A DNA stretch of 64,000 nt. Source: Thermoplasmatota archaeon (lineage in GTDB: Archaea; Thermoplasmatota; Thermoplasmata; UBA10834). Shown one piece after another: positions 38,910-47,730 of this stretch (position 1 is its first letter; the number at the start of each line of letters is the position of its first letter). The DNA is taken from assembly GCA_040751795.1 (NCBI GenBank), contig JBFMHR010000003.1:13586-77585 (forward strand), written 5' to 3'. Both the position numbers and the translations under genes were made by a program. Below the pieces are notes generated by a model. It was not told the origin of the DNA and searched no databases. It worked only from the letters and a program-made list of their open reading frames with translations.

Positions 38910-39752
38910 ATGGACGTACCGATACTGGACAACCACGCGCACCTAGAGCCACTGATAGGAAGGCACGTGGAGGCGGTCAGGGACTTCGAGAGGGCCGGCG
39001 GGACCCACATCGTCATATCGCATCTGCCCTACGGTCACCTCAGGGTCTCCTCCCCGGAGGACTTCAGGAGGGGCTTCGACGAGACCGTGCGGCTCAGGGA
39101 CCGCGTCAACTCCGAGACCGGTGTCAAGGCCTTCGCGACGGTCGGCCCCTACCCGGTCGAGCTGCTCCACCTCGAGGAGAGGCTCGGGCCGGAGCGCGCC
39201 AAGGACGTCATGATGAGGGGCATGGACATCGCGGCCGAGTTCGTCAGGGAGGGCAAGGCGCTCGCGATCGGGGAGGTCGGGAGGCCGCACTTCGAGGTCA
39301 CGGAGGCTCAGCTGGCCGCGTCGAACGAGATAATGTCGTACGCGATGTCGCTCGGGAAGGAGCTCGGGTGCGCGGTCGTCCTGCACACCGAGAGCGCCAC
39401 GCCGGAGTCGATGCGCGAGCTTGCTTCCATGGCCGACCGGGCGGGCCTTCCCAGGTGGAGGCTCGTCAAGCACTACTGTCCCCCGCTGGTGCTGGAGGAG
39501 GAGAACCACGGGCTGATGCCGTCGGTCCTGGCCGGCATGGACGCGGTCGCGGAGGCGCTCTCGAAGGGGACGAGGTTCCTCATGGAGACGGACTTCCTGG
39601 ACGACCCCAGGAGGCCGGGTGCAGTCCTGGACATACGGACCGTGCCCAAGCGGACCCGGACGATGCTGGAGAAGGGCCTCATGACAGAGGAGCAGGCCCA
39701 CAAGATACATGTAGACAATCCGCGTGCGACCTACGGGCAGGCCTTCGAGTGA
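38910..39752 (+). CDS. TatD-related metal-dependent hydrolase (COG1099-like)
   Basis: MDVPILDNHAHLEP..., ...IGEVGRPHF..., VVLHTE. Confidence 0.7.
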   Translation: MDVPILDNHAHLEPLIGRHVEAVRDFERAGGTHIVISHLPYGHLRVSSPEDFRRGFDETVRLRDRVNSETGVKAFATVGPYPVELLHLEERLGPERAKDVMMRGMDIAAEFVREGKALAIGEVGRPHFEVTEAQLAASNEIMSYAMSLGKELGCAVVLHTESATPESMRELASMADRAGLPRWRLVKHYCPPLVLEEENHGLMPSVLAGMDAVAEALSKGTRFLMETDFLDDPRRPGAVLDIRTVPKRTRTMLEKGLMTEEQAHKIHVDNPRATYGQAFE

Positions 39753-39783
39753 GACCCATGGCCTGCCGGAAGGCATCTGACCT

Positions 39784-40950
39784 ATGGCGGCCTATTCTGA
39801 CATGGCGGACAGGTTCTCTGAGGTGGCCCAGAGGCACGGGAGCCTAGTCTTCGTCCAGGCGGTCGTCGCGGTCGCAAACACGACCGCCAACGCTTTCGTG
39901 ATGATCTACCTCCTCCGCGAGGGGATGGAGTACATCGAGTGCGCCTTCTTCCTCCTGATCGCCTTCGTCGTCGCCCTCGTCCTAGCGACCCACGGGTCGA
40001 ACCTGGTCGCCCGGGACTTCTCCGCCTCGATGCGGCTGGGCATGGCGTGCATGGCGGCCTACTACATCGCCCTCGCGGCGCTCTCCGGCCCGGTCCTCAT
40101 GCTCGTCCCGCCGCTCTTCCTCGGCACCTATATAGTCACGTTCTGGGTGCCGTACAACTCGCTCATCTCCCATGCGACCTCGCAGGAGAGGCGGGGCGCC
40201 GGCGTGGGGGCGTACTTCCTGGTCTTCCCCGCGGTGTCGACCGTCGGCCCGCTCGCCGGCGGGCTGATCATAACCCTGGGGTCCTACGACCTCCTGTTCG
40301 CGTTCGGGGCCGCGGTGATCGGGGTGAACATCCTGTACCTGTCGAGGCCGTCCGCGGTGAGGCCGGACCAGGGCCTCACAACGGCTGGAATCCTATCTCC
40401 GTCGAGGGGGAGGGTCTTCTCGCTCGCCCACACCGACGGACGTGTGGCGCGCGGGCTCTTCGCGCAGGGGGTCCAGGACGGCGTGTTCTGGATTGCCCTG
40501 CCGGTCCTGAGCTTCGAGTTCGCGACCGACGAGGCCGCCCTCAGCGGGTACCTCTCTCTCTTCGCCTTCTGCGGGGCGCTCATGACCGTCGCCCTCGGAT
40601 ACCTCTCGGACCGGGTGAGGGAGAGGGGGAGGATACTCAGGCTGGGTGCGGCCGCGACCGCCGTCTCGATGGCCGTCTGCGGGCTCGCGTCCTCGGCGGA
40701 AGGGTACCTCACCGGGATGAGTGCGGCGAGCTTCTGGCTCGCGGTGGTCTCCGCCTTCCTCTTCACCCTCCTCGTCGACCGCTCCGAGAGGACCATCACG
40801 ACAGGGATGATGACGAGGGAGGCGATGCTCAACGCGGGGAGGCTAGTGGGGATCTCCGTCACCATCGTGCTCCTCGCACTCGAGCTCGACCTCTCGGCTA
40901 GCATGTTCGTCGCCGCGGCGGCCGTCGCGACGGTCGTCGCCGTCAAGTGA
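39784..40950 (+). CDS. multi-pass membrane transporter, probably MFS
   Basis: 388 aa with ~10-12 hydrophobic segments and an MFS-like loop after TM2/TM8 (SQERRGAGVGAY; LSDRVRERGR). Confidence 0.55.
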   Translation: MAAYSDMADRFSEVAQRHGSLVFVQAVVAVANTTANAFVMIYLLREGMEYIECAFFLLIAFVVALVLATHGSNLVARDFSASMRLGMACMAAYYIALAALSGPVLMLVPPLFLGTYIVTFWVPYNSLISHATSQERRGAGVGAYFLVFPAVSTVGPLAGGLIITLGSYDLLFAFGAAVIGVNILYLSRPSAVRPDQGLTTAGILSPSRGRVFSLAHTDGRVARGLFAQGVQDGVFWIALPVLSFEFATDEAALSGYLSLFAFCGALMTVALGYLSDRVRERGRILRLGAAATAVSMAVCGLASSAEGYLTGMSAASFWLAVVSAFLFTLLVDRSERTITTGMMTREAMLNAGRLVGISVTIVLLALELDLSASMFVAAAAVATVVAVK

Positions 40951-40954
40951 CTGG

Positions 40955-41230
40955 TCATGGGACGATGCTGAAGTCATCGAACTCATCCGTGGCCTCCGAC
41001 ATCTCCACGGCCTTCCGCTCCACGCGCGCGTGCGGCTGTCCTGTGGCGCACCACTCTACCGCCTGGTCGACCGCACGCTCCTCGCCCTCGAACACCGCCT
41101 CGACGGCGCCGTCATCCCTGTTCCTCACCCACCCGGTGAGGCCGAGGGAGCGGGCGCACTTCTGAGCGTTGGCCCTGAAGAACACCCCCTGGACGAGGCC
41201 CTCGAAGACGACGTGCGCGCGGACCTTCAC
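40955..41230 (-). CDS. acyP: acylphosphatase
   Basis: GTG start giving MKVRAHVVFEGLVQGVFFRANAQKCARSLGLTGWVRNRDDGAVEAVFEG; canonical V.G.VQGV.FR and GWV.N motifs. Confidence 0.8.
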   Translation of the reverse strand: MKVRAHVVFEGLVQGVFFRANAQKCARSLGLTGWVRNRDDGAVEAVFEGEERAVDQAVEWCATGQPHARVERKAVEMSEATDEFDDFSIVP

Positions 41231-41418
41231 GCCCCTGGATGAACCTCCCGCGCGATGAAACCTGCCATCCGGGCGGGCGCGCGGCCAGCGGGGGCGCCAG
41301 TACATAGATATTTATACTCACATGCCGATTTTATAGATGCGCACGCACGCGCGCGGGATGCACCGTCAGCAGAGCCGTATGTGAGGATCACGTCGGCCTC
41401 GGGATGAGGTGAAACAAC

Positions 41419-42540
41419 ATGATGAGATCGCTCGTCGAGGACGCACTTGCGAGGGAGCCAGGGCCTGGCTCGAGCATCGCTGAGGCAGCGATGCTGGGAC
41501 AGGACCAGAGGGTGGATGCAGAGCTCGAGCAGATACTGCGGAGCCTGAAGACGAACATCAAGATCGTCGGGGTCGGCGGAGGCGGCACCAACACCGTCGC
41601 GAGGCTGTACGACGAGGGGATCATAGGCGCCGAGCTCTACGCGGCCAACACGGACGCGCAGCACCTCCTCACGCTGAAGGCGCCCCACAAGATCCTCCTG
41701 GGCAGGAGGGTCACGAGGGGCCTCGGCGCGGGCGCGCTCCCGCAGGTCGGGGAGGAGGCCGCCAGGGAGGTCGAGGACGACCTCAAGAAGATACTCGCCG
41801 ACACGCACATATGCTTCGTCACCTGCGGGCTCGGGGGCGGCACCGGAACGGGCGGGTCCGCCGTCGTCGCGCGCATAGCGAAGGAGATGGGCGCGCTCAC
41901 GATCGCCGTCGCCACGATGCCGTTCAGGGGCGAGGGCAAGATGAGGATGGAGAACGCCGAGTGGGGCCTGGACAGGCTCAGGGACGCGGCGGACACCGTC
42001 ATAGTCATACCGAACGACAAGCTCCTGGAGCTGGTCCCGAGGCTCTCCCTCAACGCGGCCTTCAAGGTCGCCGACGAGGTCCTCATGAGGTCCATCAAGG
42101 GCCTCACCGAGGTCATAACGAGGCCCGGCCTGGTGAACCTGGACTTCAACGACGTCAAGACGATCATGAAGGGCGCCGGCGTCGCCATGATGGGCATGGG
42201 CGAGTCGGACGCGCCCGGCGACGACAGGGTCCTGGAGGCCATAGACCAGGCGATCAACTCACCGCTGCTCGAGGTCGACATCAGCGAGGCCAACGCCGTG
42301 CTGATAGACGTCATCGGCGGCACGGACATGACCATATCCGAGGCGGAGAAGGCGGCCGAGGAGGTCCAGAGCAGGGTCAGCCCGAACGCCCGCATCATAT
42401 GGGGCGCGGCAGTGGACCCCGCGATGGACAAGACGGTCCGGGTCATGCTCGTGGCGACCGGGGTGAAGTCGAAGCAGATCCTCGGCAAGCCCACGGAGAG
42501 GCGCTTCAAGGGCGTCGGAGAGGTGGACCTGGTCCGCTGA
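41419..42540 (+). CDS. ftsZ: cell division GTPase FtsZ (FtsZ1-type, copy a)
   Basis: GVGGGGTN, GLGAGALPQVGEEAA, CGLGGGTGTG, NLDFNDV. GAGGTGA lies 7 nt upstream of the ATG. Confidence 0.9.
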   Translation: MMRSLVEDALAREPGPGSSIAEAAMLGQDQRVDAELEQILRSLKTNIKIVGVGGGGTNTVARLYDEGIIGAELYAANTDAQHLLTLKAPHKILLGRRVTRGLGAGALPQVGEEAAREVEDDLKKILADTHICFVTCGLGGGTGTGGSAVVARIAKEMGALTIAVATMPFRGEGKMRMENAEWGLDRLRDAADTVIVIPNDKLLELVPRLSLNAAFKVADEVLMRSIKGLTEVITRPGLVNLDFNDVKTIMKGAGVAMMGMGESDAPGDDRVLEAIDQAINSPLLEVDISEANAVLIDVIGGTDMTISEAEKAAEEVQSRVSPNARIIWGAAVDPAMDKTVRVMLVATGVKSKQILGKPTERRFKGVGEVDLVR

Positions 42541-42667
42541 CCCCCTCCGTAAGCTCCGAAACGTTTAAGAGACCCAATCAGCTACGGTGCTCTCGACCGG
42601 CGAGCATGGCTCGCCGTTGCCATTTGTCACGTTACGTTCACGTGAAGAACGCTGCGGAGGCCCCTAG

Positions 42668-43771
42668 ATGAAGTCGCTCGTCGACAGTGCCCTTAGCTCG
42701 GTGGACGCGGAGCAGAGCAGGAGACCGGAGGGTTTCACCCCCTTCACTGCGGAGGACGAAGAGCTGCAGAAGATACTGCAGGGGCTCAAGACCAACATCA
42801 AGATCATAGGCTGCGGCGGCGGAGGCTCCAACACGATAAACAGGCTGGCCCAGGCCGGCATCGTGGGGGCCGAGCTCTACGCGGCCAACACCGACGCGCA
42901 GCACCTGCTGATGACCCACGCCCCGCACAAGCTCCTGCTCGGCAGGAGGGTGACGAGGGGGCTGGGCGCCGGCGCGCTCCCCCAGGTCGGCGAGGAGGCC
43001 GCCAGGGAGGCCGAGGAGGAGCTGAAGAAGGCCGTCGCCAACGCGGACATCGTGTTCGTGACGTGCGGGCTCGGGGGCGGCACCGGGACCGGCTCCGCCC
43101 CGTTCGTGGCGCAGCTGGCCAAGGAGGCGGGCGCGCTCACGATAGCGATATGCACCTACCCGTTCCAAGCCGAGGGGGCCATCAGGGCGGAGAACGCCGA
43201 GTGGGGCCTCGAGAGGCTGAGGAGCGTGGCGGACACCGTCATAGTCATCCCCAACGACAAGCTCCTGGAGCTCGTCCCGAAGCTGGCCCTGAACGCCGCG
43301 TTCAAGGTCGCCGACGAGGTCCTCATGAGGTCGATCAAGGGCATAACCGAGATCGTCACCAAGCCGGGCCTGGTCAACCTCGACTTCAACGACATCAAGA
43401 CCGTCATGAAGGCGGGCGGGGTCGCGATGATCGGCCTCGGCGAGGCGGACGACGACGACAGGGCCGTGACCGCGGTCATGGAGGCCATCAACTCGCCGCT
43501 CATCGAGCTGGACATATCGGAGGCCACGGCGGCGCTCGTCAACGTGACGGGCGGCCCGAGCATGACCGTCACGGAGGCGGAGCAGGTCGCGGAGGTCATC
43601 CAGTCGAAGATCAGCCCTGGCGCCAGGATCATCTGGGGCGCCGCGGTGGACGAGACGCTCGACGAGACCATCCGCGTGATGGTGGTCATAACCGGAGTGA
43701 AGTCGAGGCACATACTCGGCCCGAAGAAGGACAAGAAGGGCTCGGCCATGGGCCTGGACTTCATCAAGTAG
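42668..43771 (+). CDS. ftsZ: cell division GTPase FtsZ (FtsZ1-type, copy b, in the canonical position before secE)
   Basis: GCGGGGSN, GLGAGALPQVGEEAA, CGLGGGTGTG, NLDFNDI. Long blocks are identical to copy a. GGAGG lies 9 nt upstream of the ATG. Confidence 0.9.
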   Translation: MKSLVDSALSSVDAEQSRRPEGFTPFTAEDEELQKILQGLKTNIKIIGCGGGGSNTINRLAQAGIVGAELYAANTDAQHLLMTHAPHKLLLGRRVTRGLGAGALPQVGEEAAREAEEELKKAVANADIVFVTCGLGGGTGTGSAPFVAQLAKEAGALTIAICTYPFQAEGAIRAENAEWGLERLRSVADTVIVIPNDKLLELVPKLALNAAFKVADEVLMRSIKGITEIVTKPGLVNLDFNDIKTVMKAGGVAMIGLGEADDDDRAVTAVMEAINSPLIELDISEATAALVNVTGGPSMTVTEAEQVAEVIQSKISPGARIIWGAAVDETLDETIRVMVVITGVKSRHILGPKKDKKGSAMGLDFIK

Positions 43772-43790
43772 GTCGAAGGGTAGGAACGAG

Positions 43791-44030
43791 ATGACAGACA
43801 TAGTGGACAAGTCCTGGGATCTTCAGAGGAAGATCGAGGAGAAGACCAAGCACGTCGGCAAGGGCAAGTACGGCAGGGTCCTGAAGATGGCCAGGAAGCC
43901 GACGGGCGAGGAGTACCTCAAGGTCACGCAGACCGTGGCGATCGGCCTGATCCTCCTCGGGGGCCTGGGCTTCCTTATCTACTGGCTGTTCGAGTACGGC
44001 TCTGACCTGATCATCAGGGCCTTCAGCTGA
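43791..44030 (+). CDS. secE: protein translocase subunit SecE / Sec61-gamma
   Basis: 79 aa; KPTGEEYLKVTQTVAIGLILLGGLGFLIYWL is a single C-terminal TM. Conserved ftsZ-secE-nusG-rpl11 order. Confidence 0.8.
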   Translation: MTDIVDKSWDLQRKIEEKTKHVGKGKYGRVLKMARKPTGEEYLKVTQTVAIGLILLGGLGFLIYWLFEYGSDLIIRAFS

Positions 44031-44041
44031 CGTTTCACGAT

Positions 44042-44977
44042 GTGCGAGGGATCGTTTTGGGACTGTTCGACGTAGAATCCAAGAAGGCGGAACCGAAGAA
44101 GGAGGCGCCGCAGCACCACGCGCCATCCGGAGCGAAGGCCCTCCAGTTCGTCGTCCAGGGGGAGACGAAGAGGTCGGTCGCGTCCGGCGACGCGACGGAG
44201 TTCGAGGCGGCCCTCAAGATAGCCGACGACGGCCAGACCCACTCGGTCGCGGTCAAGGTCGACACGGTCTTCTCCGCGACGGAGGAGGGCTCCCCCGAGT
44301 GGTTCGTCAAGCTCTACGACCCGGTCGGGGTCGTCTGGGAGAACACCCCCTCGGCCGACCAGGCCAAGGAGAAGGTCTTCGAGATCATGCCGGGCGAGGA
44401 GAAGAGCCTCACCCTCAAGATCACCTCGCCCACGGGCGCCAGGTTCGGCGACAAGATAACCGTCCTGGTGAGCGCGAACCTCACGGACGACCCGAGCGTC
44501 AACGACACGATAACGCTCCAGGCGACCGCGAGGCAGTCCATAATGGCGATCAAGACGTCCATAGGCCACGAGAAGACCGTGGCCGACTCCGTGGCCAGCA
44601 GGGCGAAGCCGAAGCCGATCGGCCTCTTCGCCATCCTGTCCCCGGCGACCATCAGGGGCTACGTCTTCGTCGAGGCGATGAACACCGACGCGCTGAGGGA
44701 GGTCGTGAAGGGCGTGCGCAGGACCAGGGGCATGGTCAAGGGCGAGACGACCTTCGCGGAGATAGAGCACTTCCTGACTCCCAAGCCCATAGTGTCGGGC
44801 ATAGTCGAGGGCGACATCGTGGAGCTCATCGCCGGCCCGTTCAAGGGCGAGAAGGCCAGGGTCCAGCAGATCGACGAGAGCAAGGAGCAGATCACCGTCG
44901 AGCTGTTCGAGGCCATGGTGCCCATACCCGTCACGATCAGGGGGGACCATGTGAGGGTCCTCGAGAAGGAGAAGTGA
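44042..44977 (+). CDS. spt5: transcription elongation factor Spt5/NusG with a 167-aa N-terminal beta-sandwich-like extension
   Basis: NGN+KOW core from Met 44543 (MAIKTSIGHEKTVADSV...GDIVELIAGPFKGEKARV...) has normal Spt5 size. The upstream 167 codons are in frame with no stop and have genome-typical codon usage. Confidence 0.85.
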   Translation: MRGIVLGLFDVESKKAEPKKEAPQHHAPSGAKALQFVVQGETKRSVASGDATEFEAALKIADDGQTHSVAVKVDTVFSATEEGSPEWFVKLYDPVGVVWENTPSADQAKEKVFEIMPGEEKSLTLKITSPTGARFGDKITVLVSANLTDDPSVNDTITLQATARQSIMAIKTSIGHEKTVADSVASRAKPKPIGLFAILSPATIRGYVFVEAMNTDALREVVKGVRRTRGMVKGETTFAEIEHFLTPKPIVSGIVEGDIVELIAGPFKGEKARVQQIDESKEQITVELFEAMVPIPVTIRGDHVRVLEKEK

Positions 44978-44981
44978 AACG

Positions 44982-45455
44982 ATGGCAGAGAAGCTCGAAG
45001 TTCTGGTGGACGGTGGCAAGGCCACCCCGGGACCGCCGCTGGGTCCGTCCCTCGGTCCGCTGGGAGTGAACGTGATCCAGGTAGTGAACGCGATAAACGA
45101 GAAGACCAAGGCGTTCGCCGGGATGAAGGTGCCAGTCACCCTTACCGTCGACTCGAAGACCAAGGCCTTCGAGATCAAGGTCGGGACGCCGCCCACGAGC
45201 GCCCTGATACTCAAGGAGATCAGGGTCGAGAAGGGGAGCGGGAGCCCGAAGGCGACCAAGGTCGGGAACCTCTCGATACAGCAGGCCCTCAAGATCGCCG
45301 AGATGAAGAAGGACTCGATGCTCGGCAAGACCAAGAGGGAGAGGTTCAAGGAGGTCGTCGGGACCTGCGTGTCGATGGGCGTCACCGTCGACAACAAGGA
45401 GCCGAAGCAGGTCATCAAGGAGCTCGAGGCCGGCGGCTACGCCGGCGTAGTCTGA
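44982..45455 (+). CDS. rpl11: 50S ribosomal protein L11
   Basis: VDGGKATPGPPLGPSLGPLGVNV...KVGTPPTSALI. Confidence 0.95.
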   Translation: MAEKLEVLVDGGKATPGPPLGPSLGPLGVNVIQVVNAINEKTKAFAGMKVPVTLTVDSKTKAFEIKVGTPPTSALILKEIRVEKGSGSPKATKVGNLSIQQALKIAEMKKDSMLGKTKRERFKEVVGTCVSMGVTVDNKEPKQVIKELEAGGYAGVV

Positions 45456-45482
45456 GCCACCTCCTGGGATGCGGTCGAACGG

Positions 45483-46892
45483 TCACTGCACAGCCCTGGC
45501 CATCTTCAGCCTGGCCGCCTCGCACGCGATCGTTATCACGTCCATCGTAGGAGCGGCGGGCGGGCAGTAGGCGGTCTCAAGCCTCGCGAACTCGTGCACG
45601 GTCATCCCCGCCATTATGCCCACGGCGAAGGCGTTCACCCTCATGTGCACCCTCCCCTCGCCGACGATCTGCGCCCCCAGGATCTTCCCGGTCTCCGGGT
45701 GCGCCAGCACCTTGACGTAGATCTCCTTCCTCCCGGGGAAGTAGTCCGGGAGGGTGAAGCCCCTGACCTTGCCAACGAGCGGCCTGATGCCGGCCGCCTC
45801 CAGCTGGGGCGTCGTCGGCCCGACGGCCGCGACCTGGCACCCGAAGGGCTCCGTCGCGCGCGTCTGCAGGAAGCCCTTCGGCAGGTGCTCGTCCCCGCCT
45901 GCGGCGTTCACGCCCGCGACCATGGCCATCTTCACTGCTATGGTGCCCAGGCCGCTCACCGTCGGCTTCCCGGTGATGAGCTCGGGGTACTCGGTGCAGT
46001 CGCCTACCGCATACACGTCCTTGACGCAGGTCTCGCACCTGTCGTCGACGACGATCTGCCGCGTCTGCCCGACCTCGCACCCGACCTGCTTGGCCAGCTC
46101 AGTCTCCCCCCTCTGGCCGGTGGCAATGACGATGACGTCTGCGTAGAACGTCCGCTCCTCCTTCGTCTTCCTGTCCACCGCGACGACGCAGTTGGCCCTC
46201 TGCTCCCCCAGTATCTCGGTGACCTCGTACTCGTTGAACATCTTCACGTCGTGCTTCCGTATCGCGTCGGCCATCATCTGGGCCATGTCGTCGTCGACCA
46301 TGGCCAGGATGCAGCTCGGGAGGTACTCGATGATGGTGACCTTGCAGCCCCTGACCATCAGCGCCTCGGCCACTTCGAGGCCGACCAGGCCAGCGCCGAC
46401 CACGACCGCGCGCTTGCCCTTGGTCGAGAGCCTCTGTATGCCCCTCGCGTCGTCTATGGTCCTTAGGACGAACACGCCCTCCTTCAGCTCGCCCTGTGTC
46501 CCCTCCTTGAAGGCCCCCTTGATCGGGGGCACCCATGCCTTCGCCCCCGTGGCGAGGACCAGGGAGTCGTAGGGCAGGGCCTCCTCCGAGCCGTCCGCCT
46601 TGGTGACGTGGACGACCTTCGCCCCGCGGTCGACGGAGGTGACGGACGCGCCGAGCAGAAGGCCTATCCTGTTCTTCTTGAGGCGCTCCTCCGGCGCCTC
46701 GATGAGGTTCGTGAGCTCGGGGATCACCCCCGATATCCCGTAGGGGAGGCCGCACCTCGAGTACTGGGGGTACGGCTCGCGCTCTATCATGACTATCTCT
46801 GCCTGGCGGTCCGTCTTCCTGGCGAACTGGGCCGCCGTGCCCCCGCCGCATCCCGCGCCTACTATGACAATCCTCCGCACCATGGCAGCCAA
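45483..46892 (-). CDS. FAD-dependent pyridine nucleotide-disulfide oxidoreductase (NADH oxidase / CoA-disulfide reductase type)
   Basis: IVIVGAGCGGGTAA, redox Cys in YSRCGLPY, second dinucleotide fold VVVGAGLVGLE, ...AVGDC. Confidence 0.8.
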   Translation of the reverse strand: MAAMVRRIVIVGAGCGGGTAAQFARKTDRQAEIVMIEREPYPQYSRCGLPYGISGVIPELTNLIEAPEERLKKNRIGLLLGASVTSVDRGAKVVHVTKADGSEEALPYDSLVLATGAKAWVPPIKGAFKEGTQGELKEGVFVLRTIDDARGIQRLSTKGKRAVVVGAGLVGLEVAEALMVRGCKVTIIEYLPSCILAMVDDDMAQMMADAIRKHDVKMFNEYEVTEILGEQRANCVVAVDRKTKEERTFYADVIVIATGQRGETELAKQVGCEVGQTRQIVVDDRCETCVKDVYAVGDCTEYPELITGKPTVSGLGTIAVKMAMVAGVNAAGGDEHLPKGFLQTRATEPFGCQVAAVGPTTPQLEAAGIRPLVGKVRGFTLPDYFPGRKEIYVKVLAHPETGKILGAQIVGEGRVHMRVNAFAVGIMAGMTVHEFARLETAYCPPAAPTMDVITIACEAARLKMARAVQ

Positions 46893-47090
46893 CCCTCCAG
46901 GGTCCTCCGGGAATCAGCTCAGCGGCGTTAAATCATTTCCATGCCCCTGGGGGCTCCCGGAGGGGTTGCATGGGAGCCAGGCGGGCGCCCCCCGGCCCAA
47001 AACACTTATAAACCCCCTCTGCATTGGCTGACCTCCCTAGGCATGTAGGAGAGCCCCCTGGGCTCGCCGTACTACATCGGAGGGATCCAA

Positions 47091-47729
47091 GTGGTAGACC
47101 AGCACCTCATAGACGTCATGAAGAAGCTCCAGGCCGAGTCCAAGAAGCGGAATTTTGTGGAGTCGGTCGAGCTGGCCATCAACCTCAAGGACATCGACCT
47201 CAGCAACCCCAAGAACAGGATACAGGAGGAGATCATGCTCCCCAAGGGCAGGGGGCGTGAGGTCAGGGTCGGGGTTTTCGGCAGCTCCGAGATGGCCATG
47301 AAGGCCAAGGGCGTCGCGGACGTCGTCATCCAGCCCGAGGAGATCGAGGAGATCGCCAAGGACAAGGCGAAGGCCAAGAAGTTCGCGAGGGCGAACGACT
47401 TCTTCGTCGCCGAGGCGCCCCTGATGCCCACGATAGGCAAGAGGCTCGGCATAATCCTCGCCCCGAGGGGCAAGATGCCGAAGCCGATACCCCCGGGCTC
47501 GGACCCGAAGACGGCCATAGACAAGCTCAAGGTCAGCGTGAGCGTCAGGACGAGGGACAAGAAGACCTTCCACCTCGCCATCGGGACGAACGCCATGACC
47601 CCGGAGGACCTCGCCGAGAACCTCGACGCCGTCCTCAAGAGGCTCACCTCCAAGCTGGAGAGGGGCAAGATGAACATCCGCTCGGCCTATGTCAAGACCA
47701 CCATGGGCCCCTCGTTCAAGGTGATCTGA
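47091..47729 (+). CDS. rpl1: 50S ribosomal protein L1
   Basis: GTG start. ...RNFVESVELAINLKDID..., FDFFVAEAPLMP.IGK.LG..L.PRGKMP. Confidence 0.9.
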   Translation: MVDQHLIDVMKKLQAESKKRNFVESVELAINLKDIDLSNPKNRIQEEIMLPKGRGREVRVGVFGSSEMAMKAKGVADVVIQPEEIEEIAKDKAKAKKFARANDFFVAEAPLMPTIGKRLGIILAPRGKMPKPIPPGSDPKTAIDKLKVSVSVRTRDKKTFHLAIGTNAMTPEDLAENLDAVLKRLTSKLERGKMNIRSAYVKTTMGPSFKVI

Positions 47730-47730
47730 G

